Source: Candidatus Hydrogenedentales bacterium (GTDB lineage: Bacteria; Hydrogenedentota; Hydrogenedentia; Hydrogenedentales; JAEUWI01). From it: 64,000 bases of DNA. Each line of letters begins with the position of its first letter. The stretch's first letter is position 1. This document shows positions 1 through 10,600 of this stretch, piece by piece. The notes beneath the pieces are model-generated. The model was given only the letters and a program-made list of their open reading frames with translations. It had not been told where the DNA came from and searched no databases. The translations under genes and the position numbers were made by a program. Location: NCBI GenBank assembly GCA_942492815.1, contig OW818658.1:5208125-5272124 (forward strand), given 5' to 3'.

Positions 1-164
1 TCCAGCCGGGGGGGGGCTCATTCCCACAGTGCCGCTTCATGTGAATCGGGACCAGAGGCGTGATATTCTGGCCGACGACCGAATCAGTCCTAGTTTAGTT
101 GAGTGAAACGCGTGTGGCGGCTCCCCAAAATCACGCCCATGACGCTGGAAAGACAGTGACCAAG

Positions 165-845
165 ATGTCCTACATTAAACCTACCCTGGCGGCTCTCCAC
201 GTGGTCGCCCTGCTGCTGTGCGCAGCGACACACGCACAGGAGGTGGAACGCTCTTTTGTAACCACGTCCGGCAAGGCGACCGTCTACACGGCGCCCACGC
301 ACGCGGTCTTCTGGATTCACCATACCATCACGCAGGACACGCTTACGTTCGCACTGGAAGAATCCACGAAGGTCGACGCCGCGGTGCGCGAGGTGATCGC
401 CCTGAAAGAACTTCACCCCGCCCTGCTCGAGACCAGCCCCCCCGCAATCATCTCGGCGCAGGAGAATACGGTCCGCATATCCACGGAGGTCCGCTTCTCG
501 ATGACGGCTTACGCCATGGGGGAAAACGCCATGGTCAAGTTCGGCGAACTCTGCGAGCAAATGAGGGAAATCACCGCCGGGCTCGGCAGCGAATTTACGG
601 GCCCCCACTTCATCACGACGGAAAAGGCCGCAGTCACTCAGGATGCGGTTCAGGAAGCGACGAAAGATGCCTATCCCGCGGCGGTAGGCGCGGCGGCGGC
701 CATGAATGTGGCGGTCCGCGCGGTCGATCTTGTGGACGTGGGGACAATCACGTGGAACGCCCCGCCCGACACAGAAGCGACCTTCCCCACAGTGGCCCAG
801 ATCGCGTGTACCGCCGAAGTGCGGGTAACTTACGTTCTGGAGTAA
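165..845 (+). CDS. Secreted hypothetical protein with signal peptide (possibly SIMPL/DUF541-like periplasmic protein)
   Basis: ORF 99..845; internal ATG at 165 gives MSYIKPTLAALHVVALLLCAATHAQ, a signal-peptide-like N-terminus; family assignment tentative. Confidence 0.45.
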   Translation: MSYIKPTLAALHVVALLLCAATHAQEVERSFVTTSGKATVYTAPTHAVFWIHHTITQDTLTFALEESTKVDAAVREVIALKELHPALLETSPPAIISAQENTVRISTEVRFSMTAYAMGENAMVKFGELCEQMREITAGLGSEFTGPHFITTEKAAVTQDAVQEATKDAYPAAVGAAAAMNVAVRAVDLVDVGTITWNAPPDTEATFPTVAQIACTAEVRVTYVLE

Positions 846-877
846 GTCCGGGGCGCGGAGCAGGCAGGCCGGGCTGC

Positions 878-1639
878 CTACATCTTTCGAATCAGGCCAT
901 TGTCCCGCTTGAGCGCCATGCAGAAGCCCTTTTCCGGAGAAAAGGTCAGGCTGCCTTCATGCATTTCGGCCACCTGGCGGGCCGCATAGAGCCCGAGGCC
1001 CACATGCTCTCCGTCGGGCCAGTAGCTCGTCATGGGGAGGAAGGCCGATTCCATATGCTCCGGGGCCAGCCCACCGCCGGAATCCCAGATCTGGAACTCC
1101 ACTCCGTCTTCCGTCGCGAGCACCGAGATGCGGACGCGCCGATCCGGCTTTTCGGATACGGCGTCCTGCGCATTCATGAGCAGGTAGATGAGCGCCACCT
1201 TGACCCGGGCCAGATCCAGCGGCATGGCCCCAACCTCCGGATCATAGAATTTTTCGAACGCAATCTGCTTCATCTTCAGTTCGTAGTCGCGGAGCGTCAG
1301 CACGTCGTCCATCAGCCGGTCCGGAGACACCAGATTGATGTCCATGCGGTCACGCCGGGCGATGGAGGTGAGGGAGGAGATGAGCTGGCTGCACTTCGTG
1401 ATGCCATCGACAATCTGGCCCAGCATGCGGTTGGTGTCGGGGCTGATGCGCTCGTCGAAGGAGGCCAGCTCGGCATAAGCCATGGCCGCGCCGAGAAGGT
1501 TGTTGATATCGTGGGTAACCCCGTTGACGCACTTGCCCACCTGCGCGTAGCGGTGCAATTGCACCAGAGACGCTTTGCCCTGTTCTGAGTCCGGGTCGAA
1601 TGAATTCAAAATCCGCCAGCCTTTCTTTCGAATCGCCAA
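878..1639 (-). CDS. Sensor histidine kinase core (HisKA + HATPase_c, no transmembrane segment)
   Basis: H-box THDINNLL; ATPase motifs ...QIWDSGGGL... and GLGLYAARQ; 253 aa. Confidence 0.8.
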   Translation of the reverse strand: MAIRKKGWRILNSFDPDSEQGKASLVQLHRYAQVGKCVNGVTHDINNLLGAAMAYAELASFDERISPDTNRMLGQIVDGITKCSQLISSLTSIARRDRMDINLVSPDRLMDDVLTLRDYELKMKQIAFEKFYDPEVGAMPLDLARVKVALIYLLMNAQDAVSEKPDRRVRISVLATEDGVEFQIWDSGGGLAPEHMESAFLPMTSYWPDGEHVGLGLYAARQVAEMHEGSLTFSPEKGFCMALKRDNGLIRKM

Positions 1640-1750
1640 CTACCGCTCGACTCTTGGCAAGAGTGTATGTAGAACCCCATGATACACCGCCGGTGGCGCT
1701 ATCAGGTAGTGCAAGCGCCAGACTGCCCGTCTGGCGCTTGCAACGAATGC

Positions 1751-2992
1751 TTAGTTGGACTTCATATTATCCGCGACGGCCTTGGCGAACTCGCTGCACT
1801 TGAGCAGCGTGGCCCCTTCCATCAGGCGCGCAAAATCATAGGTCACGGTTTTGTTCTGGAAAGTCCGGGTCAGCGCGTCGATGAGCGAATCCGCCACTTC
1901 CTGCCAGCCCATGTACTCGAACATCATCACGCCGGAGAGCACCACGCTGCTCGGATTAACCTTGTCCAGGTTGGCGTACTTGGGCGCCGTGCCGTGGGTC
2001 GCCTCGAAGACGGCCACACCGGTGTCGTAGTTAATATTCGCGCCGGGGGCGATTCCGATACCACCCACCTGGGCGGCCAGAGCATCGCTGATATAGTCGC
2101 CGTTGAGATTCATCGTGGCAACGACATCAAATTCCTTCGGGCGGGTCAGGATCTGCTGCAGGAATATATCCGCGATGGAGTCCTTGACCAGGATCTTGCC
2201 GTCGGCATGGCCGTGGCAGTCGTCCCAGGCCACGGCGACGTCTGCGAACTCTTCGCGCACCACTTCGTAGCCCCAGCGGCGGAAAGCCCCTTCGGTGTAC
2301 TTCATGATGTTGCCCTTGTGCACCAGTGTAACACTCTTGGAGCCGTGCTTGACGGCGTGGCGCAGGGCGGCGCGCACCAGGCGCTTCGTGCCGAATTCAC
2401 TCACGGGCTTCAGGCCGATACCGGAATTGTGGCGAATTTCCCAGCCAAACTCGGCCTTGCAGAAATCGGCCAGCTTTTGGGCCTCGGCCGATCCGGCCTT
2501 CAACTCCAGGCCGGAGTACACATCTTCGGTGTTTTCGCGGAAGATGGTCATGTTCACGTTTTGCGGCGCGATGACCGGGCTCGGAACGCTGTCGAAGTGG
2601 CGAACGGGCCGCACGCACGCGAAAAGATCGAGTGCCTGGCGCAGGCTCACGTTCAAGCTGCGGAAACCGCCGCCCACCGGGGTCGTGAGCGGCCCTTTGA
2701 TGGCGATCTCGTATTCCCGGATCGCGTCGAGCGTTTCTTCGGGGAAGTAGGAGCCGGTGACCTGGTTGGCCTTTTCACCCGCATAGATCTCCATCCAGGC
2801 GATCTCGCGACTGCCGCCGTAGCAGTGCTTCACCGCTTCGTCGAAAAGAAAGCGGGAGGCCTTCCAGATATCCGGGCCCGTGCCATCACCTTCAATGAAG
2901 CCGATGATGGGGCGGTCCGGCGTCTGGAGCTGGCCGTCTTTGATGCAAATCTTTTCGCCTTCGGGCACCACGATGTGCTTATAGGTCGCCAT
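1751..2992 (-). CDS. icd: NADP-dependent isocitrate dehydrogenase
   Basis: 413 aa; strong resemblance to E. coli-type Icd along full length ([15 protein letters not shown]..., [18 protein letters not shown]). Confidence 0.95.
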   Translation of the reverse strand: MATYKHIVVPEGEKICIKDGQLQTPDRPIIGFIEGDGTGPDIWKASRFLFDEAVKHCYGGSREIAWMEIYAGEKANQVTGSYFPEETLDAIREYEIAIKGPLTTPVGGGFRSLNVSLRQALDLFACVRPVRHFDSVPSPVIAPQNVNMTIFRENTEDVYSGLELKAGSAEAQKLADFCKAEFGWEIRHNSGIGLKPVSEFGTKRLVRAALRHAVKHGSKSVTLVHKGNIMKYTEGAFRRWGYEVVREEFADVAVAWDDCHGHADGKILVKDSIADIFLQQILTRPKEFDVVATMNLNGDYISDALAAQVGGIGIAPGANINYDTGVAVFEATHGTAPKYANLDKVNPSSVVLSGVMMFEYMGWQEVADSLIDALTRTFQNKTVTYDFARLMEGATLLKCSEFAKAVADNMKSN

Positions 2993-3038
2993 TTCTTCTC
3001 CTTGGTACTCGTTGTTCTTGAACCTGGCGGAAGGCGGG

Positions 3039-4631
3039 TTACGCCGCGGAACCCGGCAGGGATACCAGGCGCACGCTGATTACATTGGGAATGCTCCGGA
3101 GCGTGTCCAGCACCGTATCCGACACGGACTCGTCCAGATTCAGCACCGTCAGCGCCCGAGCGCCGCGGGCCTCGCGGCCCAGCGACAGATTGGCAATGTT
3201 GATGCCCGCCTCACCCAGGGTCAGGCAGACCCGGCCGATAACCTGGGGCACGTCGTTGTTAATGCAGATGACCATGTGACCTTCGGGCTTGGCGTCCACG
3301 CGCATCCCATCGATGCTGCAGATGCGCGGGTCAGTCCCGTCAAAAAGCGTTCCCGTGATGGTGTGGGACCCGGCGTCGGTGACGACGGTGACGCCAATTT
3401 CGAAAGCATAGTCTGAGCCGGCGGGGCAGCGCTTTTCGCTGCACGCGATACCGTGCTCCTTCAGGCGGTGGGGCGCGCTGATGGCATTCACATCCTCAAT
3501 GGAGGGGCTGAGGTAACCCGCCAGAATGGCCGCCGTGATCGGATAGAGATCGCTGGCACCCATCTCGCCGCTGTAGGTGATTTCGATGGCGGAGGGCCGG
3601 CCCTCGCTGAAGGCCGCCTGGAAAAGGCCCAGATTCTCAGCGAGGCCCAGCAGGGGCATGAGCGCCTTGCGCGTCTCGCTGTCCAGGCTGGGCACGTTCA
3701 CCGCGTTCACGATGGCACCGGTTGTCAGGTAGTCCGCGATCTGCTCGGCCACTTCCACCGCCACGGTGAGCTGGGCTTCGTCGGTGGACGCGGCCAGGTG
3801 GGGCGTCATCACGATATTGTCGAGCCCGATAAAGGGATTCTCGGGCAGGGGCTCGGTGGTGTACACGTCGAGGGCCGCGCCCGCGATCACGTTGTCGCGC
3901 AGGGCCTGGGCCAGCTCTACCTCGTTGACCAGACCGCCGCGCGCGCAATTGACGATGCGGCAGTTGGGCTTCATGCGCTTGAAGTGCTCGGTGCGGAAGA
4001 GGTTGTCGGTCTTGTCGGTCTTCGGCGCGTGGAGCGTGATGAAATCGGAGCGCTCAATAAGTTCGTCGATGGAGACCAGTTCGACACCGAGGCCGTCGGC
4101 CTTGAGCTGGGTCATGATGGGATCAAAGGCGATGACTTTCATGTCGAAGGCCTGGGCGCGCTTGGCGACCGCGCCGCCGATGCGACCGAGGCCCACCACG
4201 CCGAGGGTTTTGCCGCAGAGCTCGGTGCCCATGAAATTCTTGCGATCCCACCGGCCGGCCTGCATGGAAGCGTTGGCCAGGGGCACGTTGCGGCAGAGGG
4301 CGAAAAGCAGCGCGAAAGTGTGCTCGCAGGTCGAGATGGTGTTGCCGCCGGGCGTATTCATCACCACGATGCCCCGCTTGGTGGCGGCATCCTTGTCGAT
4401 GTTGTCGGTACCCACACCGGCGCGGCCGATAATCTTCAGGTTGCCGGAGTTGGCCAGGGCTTCCTCGTTCACCTTGGTCGCGCTCCGCACGACCAATCCG
4501 TCGTACTGGCCGATGATGGCCGCCAGTTCCGCAGGGGATTGGGGGGGCTTCACGTCCACGTCAATGCCGCGGGCCCGAAACACGTCGACCCCTTGTTCAC
4601 TGAGACCATCTAAAACCAGTACTCGGGCCAT
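3039..4631 (-). CDS. serA: D-3-phosphoglycerate dehydrogenase (long form with ASB and ACT domains)
   Basis: 530 aa; NAD-binding GxGxxG ([13 protein letters not shown]), catalytic region and C-terminal ACT-like regulatory domain. Confidence 0.95.
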   Translation of the reverse strand: MARVLVLDGLSEQGVDVFRARGIDVDVKPPQSPAELAAIIGQYDGLVVRSATKVNEEALANSGNLKIIGRAGVGTDNIDKDAATKRGIVVMNTPGGNTISTCEHTFALLFALCRNVPLANASMQAGRWDRKNFMGTELCGKTLGVVGLGRIGGAVAKRAQAFDMKVIAFDPIMTQLKADGLGVELVSIDELIERSDFITLHAPKTDKTDNLFRTEHFKRMKPNCRIVNCARGGLVNEVELAQALRDNVIAGAALDVYTTEPLPENPFIGLDNIVMTPHLAASTDEAQLTVAVEVAEQIADYLTTGAIVNAVNVPSLDSETRKALMPLLGLAENLGLFQAAFSEGRPSAIEITYSGEMGASDLYPITAAILAGYLSPSIEDVNAISAPHRLKEHGIACSEKRCPAGSDYAFEIGVTVVTDAGSHTITGTLFDGTDPRICSIDGMRVDAKPEGHMVICINNDVPQVIGRVCLTLGEAGINIANLSLGREARGARALTVLNLDESVSDTVLDTLRSIPNVISVRLVSLPGSAA

Positions 4632-5026
4632 TCAATCTATCTCCATGGAAAGCACGATGGGGCGGAGGCTCACCCCGACTCCGGGGCCATACCGCCAATT
4701 CGATCATGCATATTACGAAACTTGTACTTATTTTCTTCTTGCGTGACGCTGGGAGGGGCGAGGGCCGTTGTGGAACATGTACCACCTTCGGGATCAACGG
4801 CACCGCAACGTTCGATTGCACGCCTGACCCGCACGGGAAATCTGCGCGGGAACGGCCCGGCGTTATCGGCACCCAGGCACGAGATTGGCAGCTCCTGCCC
4901 TCAGGGTGACTGCACGGAGCCGAAAGGATAGCAATCAGGGGCGCAAATTGTCAAACGCCATGCGCGCGTTTCCCCGGTGTGCGCCGCAAAGCGCACCGCC
5001 TCCGGCTTCGCGGAAGTTATTTGTTT

Positions 5027-5917
5027 TCAGCAACTTGCTGGCTGAAGTCTGCCGGGTATCGCTGCGGCGGGTTGCACCTGCCAGATTGCGAGCACGGATT
5101 TGCCCACCAGATGGCCCAGCAGGGGATCCACCACGCGAGACACCGGGACCAGCCACTTATCCCAGAACTGAACCTGACCCAGGGTCGGCACCGAGGAGCG
5201 CAGCACCAGCCGGTTCGCTAGAGAGGCCATTACCCCGACCGAATCCAGATAGTAGAAATGGCCCGACAGCGTATTCGGTGGCCCGATAGCCGCCAGACTT
5301 TTCCACGTGTAGCGCCGGTAGTGGCCCACGGCCTCGTCAAAGGGTGAAAAGAGGCCCGGGTGGGCTGGGGCGAGAACGATCACGTGTCCGCCAATTCGGG
5401 TTCGGGCACCCGCGCGGGCCAGTTCCCCCGCGTCGTCCAGAATATGCTCCAGCACATCGATATAAAGTACGGTGTCAAACTGGACCTCGGGGGACAGGTC
5501 ATCCAGGGTGCCGGTAACCACTTCGACCGTTCGGGCGGGCCCGTCCAGTGCCGGAAAGACTGGAATTCGGGCGGCAAGCCCCGGATCCGGCTCCAGGCAC
5601 AACCAGCGACCCGACATTCCGCCACGCAACAGGTCCGTGTTCGTACCCATGCCGGCGCCAACTTCAAGGACATCCGGGCCCAGACACGACCGGATGCGAT
5701 CGGACCAATAGGCCTTCCAATTGCTGGCGTGGGCAAAAAGTTCGAGTTCCTCACCCGGATAGACGTTAGACAAAGCGTGTTTTCTCCTCGGCGCGCGCAG
5801 GTTCCAGAAAAGAGGGTACCCCATCCAGCGGCGAGCGCGCCAATGTCCTCTGTGCGCGACCGGCGACTTGCGATTGCGGGTTGCGGAAAACAGCGTTCTT
5901 GAGTACCATACTATCAT
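5027..5917 (-). CDS. Class I SAM-dependent methyltransferase
   Basis: SAM-binding motif I LEVGAGMGTNT and motif region VIVLAP; start codon uncertain (5917 or an internal ATG near 5824). Confidence 0.65.
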   Translation of the reverse strand: MIVWYSRTLFSATRNRKSPVAHRGHWRARRWMGYPLFWNLRAPRRKHALSNVYPGEELELFAHASNWKAYWSDRIRSCLGPDVLEVGAGMGTNTDLLRGGMSGRWLCLEPDPGLAARIPVFPALDGPARTVEVVTGTLDDLSPEVQFDTVLYIDVLEHILDDAGELARAGARTRIGGHVIVLAPAHPGLFSPFDEAVGHYRRYTWKSLAAIGPPNTLSGHFYYLDSVGVMASLANRLVLRSSVPTLGQVQFWDKWLVPVSRVVDPLLGHLVGKSVLAIWQVQPAAAIPGRLQPASC

Positions 5918-6085
5918 TCAGTGATGCTGTTCGTTTCCCGCTGCGATCCTTGGGCGCGAAACGTGGAATCGCGCCGCGCCCCATTCCACTCCCGCCGGGA
6001 GATGTATCGGAATGCGAACGAGTGCGGCATGTCTGGCTGACTCGTCCGTAGGCATGTGCTCTTATCCCCCTGGGAGATCCGTATC

Positions 6086-7372
6086 ATGTTCAGAATTGTT
6101 GCGGCGGCGTGTTTCGCCATTGCCCTGTCCCTGCTGATCCAGGGGTGCCCAAATCTGGACCCTGAAATTCCGGGGGGGCCGGAGGGTGTAGTCTATGTGG
6201 ATGCCGGGTCCGGCAGCGACACAAACGGAAACGGCACGTTGCTCCGTCCCTGGAAATCCGCTTCGCACGCGCTCCTCAAGATCGCCCCCCATGCGGGCGT
6301 GGACAGCGGATTCACCATCTCGCTCGCTCCAGGGGAATACGCGGAAAAGATCGTTCTGTCTCGCTACGTCACCCTGCGGGGCGCGGATGGCGATGACCCC
6401 GCCGCTACGCGGATCCTCCCCGGACCCGGCGCGGCACACGGCAATCTGCAGGCGGGCGACTCAGTTGTCACGGCTGTGGCCGGACTCGCGGGTGAAAACA
6501 TCTTGCGCGATTTGACCATCGCCATTCCCGCCGATGCCCCAGGTGGCGTCACACTGCTTTCCGTCCCGGACGCGACGATTGACGTGGAGAATGTTGTCTT
6601 CGATGGCCATGGCGCCAGCGATTCCATTGCGGTGCGGATTGCGTCCCCGGGGTCGTCGGCATCTACATTCAAGCGCTGTCAGTTTCGCGGGGTCCATAAT
6701 GGCGTGCTGGCCTCAGATACAGCGGCCAGTTTCGCCCGAAATCAATTCGTAGATATTTCGGGGGCGGCGATCCTGGCTCCCCCGCCGGATACAAAACAAA
6801 CGGGAACCTTCCTGTACCCCACCCTGGGTTCGATTGACGCGTGTACGTTGTCTTCCGGGAACATATTCTTTACCGACACCATCAACCCGCCCGGTGGTCT
6901 GAACCCATCGGCCGGACCGGTCATCGATACGGGAGAAGCCTCCGGCGACGCCCCCGAACTTCTCGCCCAAGGGAACACCTGGATCGGTGTCGAGTTTCAA
7001 GGAGCCCTGGCCGAGGGCGACTATGACGCCGCGTCTCGTCAGGTCGGTGAGCGCGTATCGGATAATGTGCGAACCGACGCGCCCAGCTTCGAAGCGATCT
7101 CCGACGCGAAGAATGTGCTTGCACTCACGATTATCTGTTCGGTGCGCAATGCACTGACGGACGAGGTCATTCCGGATGCCCTCGTCTCGATCGGTGTGGG
7201 CCCGGACAGCACAACGTTAGAAGATGGCTTCGCGGTTTTCACGGTCGCGTCCCCGGGCCTTTTCACCTTCACCACGTCCGCGGAAGGTTTTGCGACCAGT
7301 GTGGAGTGTGCGGTGATCGCGCAGGGAGAGTTGCTCGTGGTAATAGATCTGCTGCTTACACCGGCGGGCTGA
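6086..7372 (+). CDS. Lipoprotein with right-handed beta-helix-like repeats (DUF1565-like), function unknown
   Basis: ORF 6056..7372; ATG at 6086 preceded by GGGAGA; N-terminus MFRIVAAACFAIALSLLIQGC has a lipobox; Gly/Asp/Thr-rich repeats. Confidence 0.6.
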   Translation: MFRIVAAACFAIALSLLIQGCPNLDPEIPGGPEGVVYVDAGSGSDTNGNGTLLRPWKSASHALLKIAPHAGVDSGFTISLAPGEYAEKIVLSRYVTLRGADGDDPAATRILPGPGAAHGNLQAGDSVVTAVAGLAGENILRDLTIAIPADAPGGVTLLSVPDATIDVENVVFDGHGASDSIAVRIASPGSSASTFKRCQFRGVHNGVLASDTAASFARNQFVDISGAAILAPPPDTKQTGTFLYPTLGSIDACTLSSGNIFFTDTINPPGGLNPSAGPVIDTGEASGDAPELLAQGNTWIGVEFQGALAEGDYDAASRQVGERVSDNVRTDAPSFEAISDAKNVLALTIICSVRNALTDEVIPDALVSIGVGPDSTTLEDGFAVFTVASPGLFTFTTSAEGFATSVECAVIAQGELLVVIDLLLTPAG

Positions 7373-7405
7373 CGCGCGACGAAGCAAGAGACAAACTGGG
7401 CGACA

Positions 7406-7984
7406 TCACGGCCAGGCCCGTAGCGCCAGCACAATCACCGCCTCCAATTCTTCACGGCTCGCCCCACTGCTGGCCTGTACCGCCATGCCCCGGACCACCG
7501 TGGCGATGAATCGCGCCAGGTCCGCCGGGTTGGTGTCCGCAGGCAAGTCGCCTTCAGCCTTCGCACGCTCGAATCGCTCGCGAATAGCGCACTCCCCGGC
7601 GGTGCGAAATTCCACCAAGGCCTTGCGAATGATGTCGGCGTCCTCGCCGGTGGCCAGAGCCGCATGCACGGCCAGGCAGCCGCCGGGATTCTGGGGACAA
7701 GTTCCGAGGTCCGCAGCGCCCCGGAGGATCGCTTCCGCGCAGGCCCGGGCCGTGGGTGCCTGGAGTGCCACGGCGACATACGCCGCTGGCCCAGTGGCAT
7801 AGCGCTCCAATACCTTGCCGAAGAGCTGCTCTTTATTGCCAAAAGCCCCGTAGAGGCTGGGACGGTTAATCCCCATCGCCGTGGTCAGATCGTCCAGCGT
7901 CGCCCCCTCGTAACCCTTCTCCCAGAAGACACGGAGCGCCGCATCGAGGGCGTGCTGACAGTCAAATTCTCGCGGACGGGCCAT
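7406..7984 (-). CDS. TetR family transcriptional regulator
   Basis: N-terminal helix-turn-helix ...ATLDDLTTAMGINRPSLYGAFGNKEQLF; ATG at 7984 (MARPREFD) preferred over ORF-track start 8035. Confidence 0.85.
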   Translation of the reverse strand: MARPREFDCQHALDAALRVFWEKGYEGATLDDLTTAMGINRPSLYGAFGNKEQLFGKVLERYATGPAAYVAVALQAPTARACAEAILRGAADLGTCPQNPGGCLAVHAALATGEDADIIRKALVEFRTAGECAIRERFERAKAEGDLPADTNPADLARFIATVVRGMAVQASSGASREELEAVIVLALRAWP

Positions 7985-8069
7985 GGTGGGAATATGCGCT
8001 CCAAAAGTTTTGTACTTACTGATACAGTATATCATAGCTTGGGTTCGGCAGCGCCCTCCGACAACTTCC

Positions 8070-8115
8070 TTGACAGGTCAACTATTTCCATGTAGAATTG
8101 TACTGTTCGGTACAA
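8070..8115 (+). promoter_or_regulatory. Candidate sigma70-like promoter (TTGACA-17nt-TAGAAT) overlapped by palindrome TTGTAC-N6-GTACAA, likely TetR operator
   Basis: -35 at 8070-8075, -10 at 8093-8098, inverted repeat 8098-8115, about 30 nt upstream of the SDR start at 8146; divergent from the TetR gene. Confidence 0.5.
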
Positions 8116-8145
8116 AACAGCCCCACCCACTGAAGGAGAATCCCC

Positions 8146-8895
8146 ATGAAAAAACTTGAAGGCAAAGTTGCCGTGGTCACTGGCGCATCCAAAGGCATCG
8201 GCGCGGAAATCGCCCGACAACTCGCAGCCGAAGGCGCTTCGGTGGTCGTCAACTACGCCGCCAGCAAGGAAGGCGCGGATCGCGTCGTCACTGGCATCGA
8301 GGCCGCCGGTGGCAAGGCCATCGCCGTGAAAGCCGACGTGTCCAAGCAGGCGGATATCGTCCAACTCTTTGCGGAGGCGAAAACCGCCTTTGGCCGCCTC
8401 GACGTGCTGGTGAACAACGCGGGAATCTTCAAGTTCGCGCCCCTTGGCGACATCACGGCGGAGCACTTTCACGAGCAGTTCAACCTCAATGTGCTCGGCT
8501 TGCTCCTCACGACCCAGGAAGCCGCGAAGCATTTCGGGCCCGAAGGCGGCAGTGTCATCAACACCAGTTCCATTGTCAGCACCTATGCACCGGCTTTTGG
8601 CTCGGTCTACAGCGCGACAAAGGCCGCCGTGGACGCGGTGACCAAGTCCCTCGCCAAGGAACTCGGACCGCGGAATATCCGCGTCAACTCCATCAACCCT
8701 GGCATGGTGGAAACCGAAGGCACCCACACGGCGGGCATCACGGGCAGCGAACAAGAATCGGTCGTGACCTCCCAAACGCCCCTGGGCCGCACCGGACAAC
8801 CCGACGATATCGCACCCGCCGTGGTCTTCTTCGCATCGCAGGATTCTAAGTGGATCACCGGCGAGACACTCTACATTTCAGGTGGCTTTCGGTAG
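8146..8895 (+). CDS. SDR family NAD(P)-dependent oxidoreductase
   Basis: TGASKGIG cofactor motif, NNAG, catalytic YSATKAA; 249 aa. Confidence 0.9.
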   Translation: MKKLEGKVAVVTGASKGIGAEIARQLAAEGASVVVNYAASKEGADRVVTGIEAAGGKAIAVKADVSKQADIVQLFAEAKTAFGRLDVLVNNAGIFKFAPLGDITAEHFHEQFNLNVLGLLLTTQEAAKHFGPEGGSVINTSSIVSTYAPAFGSVYSATKAAVDAVTKSLAKELGPRNIRVNSINPGMVETEGTHTAGITGSEQESVVTSQTPLGRTGQPDDIAPAVVFFASQDSKWITGETLYISGGFR

Positions 8896-9025
8896 GCTGA
8901 AGGCTGAAAATGGATCTTATGCGACCTATGAGTCGTATGGGTCAGTATAATACTGAGACCCCATACGACCCATAAGACCCATTCCCATCACACCCCGACT
9001 ATCGCTCAACAAAAAGGATCCCCAC

Positions 9026-9775
9026 ATGCCCAATTCACTCAGCGGAAAAGTTGCCCTTGTCACCGGTGGATCACGCGGCATCGGCGCGGCCATCGCCCAC
9101 GCCCTTGCGGATCACGGCGCAGACGTAGCCATCAGCTATTCGGCGTCTGCGGAAAAAGCACAAGCCGTCGCGTCGGAGCTCGGCGCGAAGGGCGTCCGCG
9201 CCCACGCCTTCCAGGCGGACCAGGCCGATCAAACCCAAGTCACGGACCTCGTAAAAGCCGTGGCCGATCACTTCGGTCGCCTCGACATCCTCGTCAACAA
9301 CGCGGGCGTCTTCTCCCCCGGGATGATCGGCGCTCCAGACACCGACGTGGCGGGCCTTGATCGCCAGCTCGCCATCAACTACAGCGCCGTGGTCACGGCC
9401 ATCCGCGCCGCCGCGCCGATCATGGGTGAAGGTGGGCGCATCATCACCATCGGATCGGGCCTGGCGGATCGCGTGGCCTTCCCGGGCATTGCCGACTACT
9501 CGGCCACCAAGGCCGCCGTGGTGGGTTATACCCGCGGCGCAGCCCGTGACCTGGGTCCAAAGGGCATCACCGTGAACGTGGTCCAGCCCGGTTCCACCGC
9601 CACAGACATGAATCCGGAAGACGGCCCCGGCTCCGAAGGTCAGAAGGCGCTCATCGCCCTCGGTCGCTATGGCCAGCCTGCGGAAGTCGCTGCCGCCGTG
9701 GCCTTCCTCGCGAGCCCTGCGGCATCGTACATCACGGGAACGGTAATCACGGTGGACGGCGGATTTACAGCGTAG
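9026..9775 (+). CDS. SDR family NAD(P)-dependent oxidoreductase (paralog)
   Basis: [19 protein letters not shown] motifs; 249 aa. Confidence 0.9.
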   Translation: MPNSLSGKVALVTGGSRGIGAAIAHALADHGADVAISYSASAEKAQAVASELGAKGVRAHAFQADQADQTQVTDLVKAVADHFGRLDILVNNAGVFSPGMIGAPDTDVAGLDRQLAINYSAVVTAIRAAAPIMGEGGRIITIGSGLADRVAFPGIADYSATKAAVVGYTRGAARDLGPKGITVNVVQPGSTATDMNPEDGPGSEGQKALIALGRYGQPAEVAAAVAFLASPAASYITGTVITVDGGFTA

Positions 9776-9828
9776 TAGGCTGTAGGCACTCACCCGTCTG
9801 TCAAGGAACAACTCAGGAGCTTCTTCCC

Positions 9829-10428
9829 ATGCCAAAAATCCTCGTTCTCTACTATTCCATGTATGGCCACATCGAAACCATGGCGGGCGCCATCGCCGAG
9901 GGCGCCCGCTCCGTGGAAGGGGTGGAGGTCACCATCAAGCGTGTGCCCGAAACCCTTTCCGAGGAATCGGCCAAGCGCAATGGCGTGAAGCTCGATCAGG
10001 CCGCCGAGGTCGCCACGCCCGGCGAATTGGGCGACTACGACGCCATCATCTTCGGCACGCCCACGCGCTTCGGTAACATGGCCGCCCAGATGCGTAATTT
10101 CCTCGATCAAACCGGCGGCCTGTGGGTCAAGGGCGGATTGGTCGGCAAGGTCGGCAGTGTCTTCACCAGCACCGGCACGGGCGGCGGCAACGAGTCCACC
10201 ATCATCAGCTTCGTTACGACCCTGATGCACCACGGCATGATTTACGTCGGCCTCCCCTACGCCTGTCCGGAACTCGCCGACATCAGCGAAGTGAAAGGCG
10301 GAAGCCCCTGGGGCGCGGCCACCATCGCCGGTGCCGACGGCTCGCGCCAGCCCAGCGGGAAGGAACTCGCCCAGGCCCGATTTCAGGGCAAACACGTCGC
10401 GGGAATCGCGCTGCAGATGAGTAAGTAA
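9829..10428 (+). CDS. wrbA: NAD(P)H:quinone oxidoreductase, type IV (WrbA)
   Basis: Near-colinear with E. coli WrbA ([26 protein letters not shown]..., [18 protein letters not shown]). Confidence 0.9.
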   Translation: MPKILVLYYSMYGHIETMAGAIAEGARSVEGVEVTIKRVPETLSEESAKRNGVKLDQAAEVATPGELGDYDAIIFGTPTRFGNMAAQMRNFLDQTGGLWVKGGLVGKVGSVFTSTGTGGGNESTIISFVTTLMHHGMIYVGLPYACPELADISEVKGGSPWGAATIAGADGSRQPSGKELAQARFQGKHVAGIALQMSK

Positions 10429-10441
10429 CCATTAATGAAGA

Positions 10442-10475
10442 GGCCACGTGCAGAATGCACGTGGCCATATTTTTT
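10442..10475 (+). terminator. Rho-independent terminator of the SDR-SDR-wrbA operon
   Basis: Perfect hairpin GGCCACGTGCA-gaa-TGCACGTGGCC followed by ATATTTTTT, 14 nt after the wrbA stop. Confidence 0.75.
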
Positions 10476-10476
10476 A

Positions 10477-10586
10477 CCACGGATGGCACGGATATCACGG
10501 ATGAAGAGTGTGAGATATCGGGAAGTCGCTGAGCACGTTCGAAATGCCCGATTTTATTTCATCCGTGTTATCCGTGCCATCCGTGG
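10477..10586. repeat. Long inverted repeat (27-bp arms, 26/27 match) enclosing ~56 bp
   Basis: CCACGGATGGCACGGATATCACGGATG at 10477-10503 and its reverse complement at 10560-10586, between convergent wrbA and hydrolase genes. Confidence 0.6.
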
Positions 10587-10600
10587 CAGGAAATCTATCG

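Noticed and set aside
218-1588. Many long overlapping or antisense ORFs in the six-frame track (for example 218..1588, 1679..3079, 3453..4613, 17328..18569, 18834..21449, 32470..36003, 43306..46767, 59225..60529)
   Set aside because: They shadow well-supported genes on the other strand or frame, are Arg/Gly/Ala/His-rich as expected from high-GC shadow frames, and lack recognisable motifs
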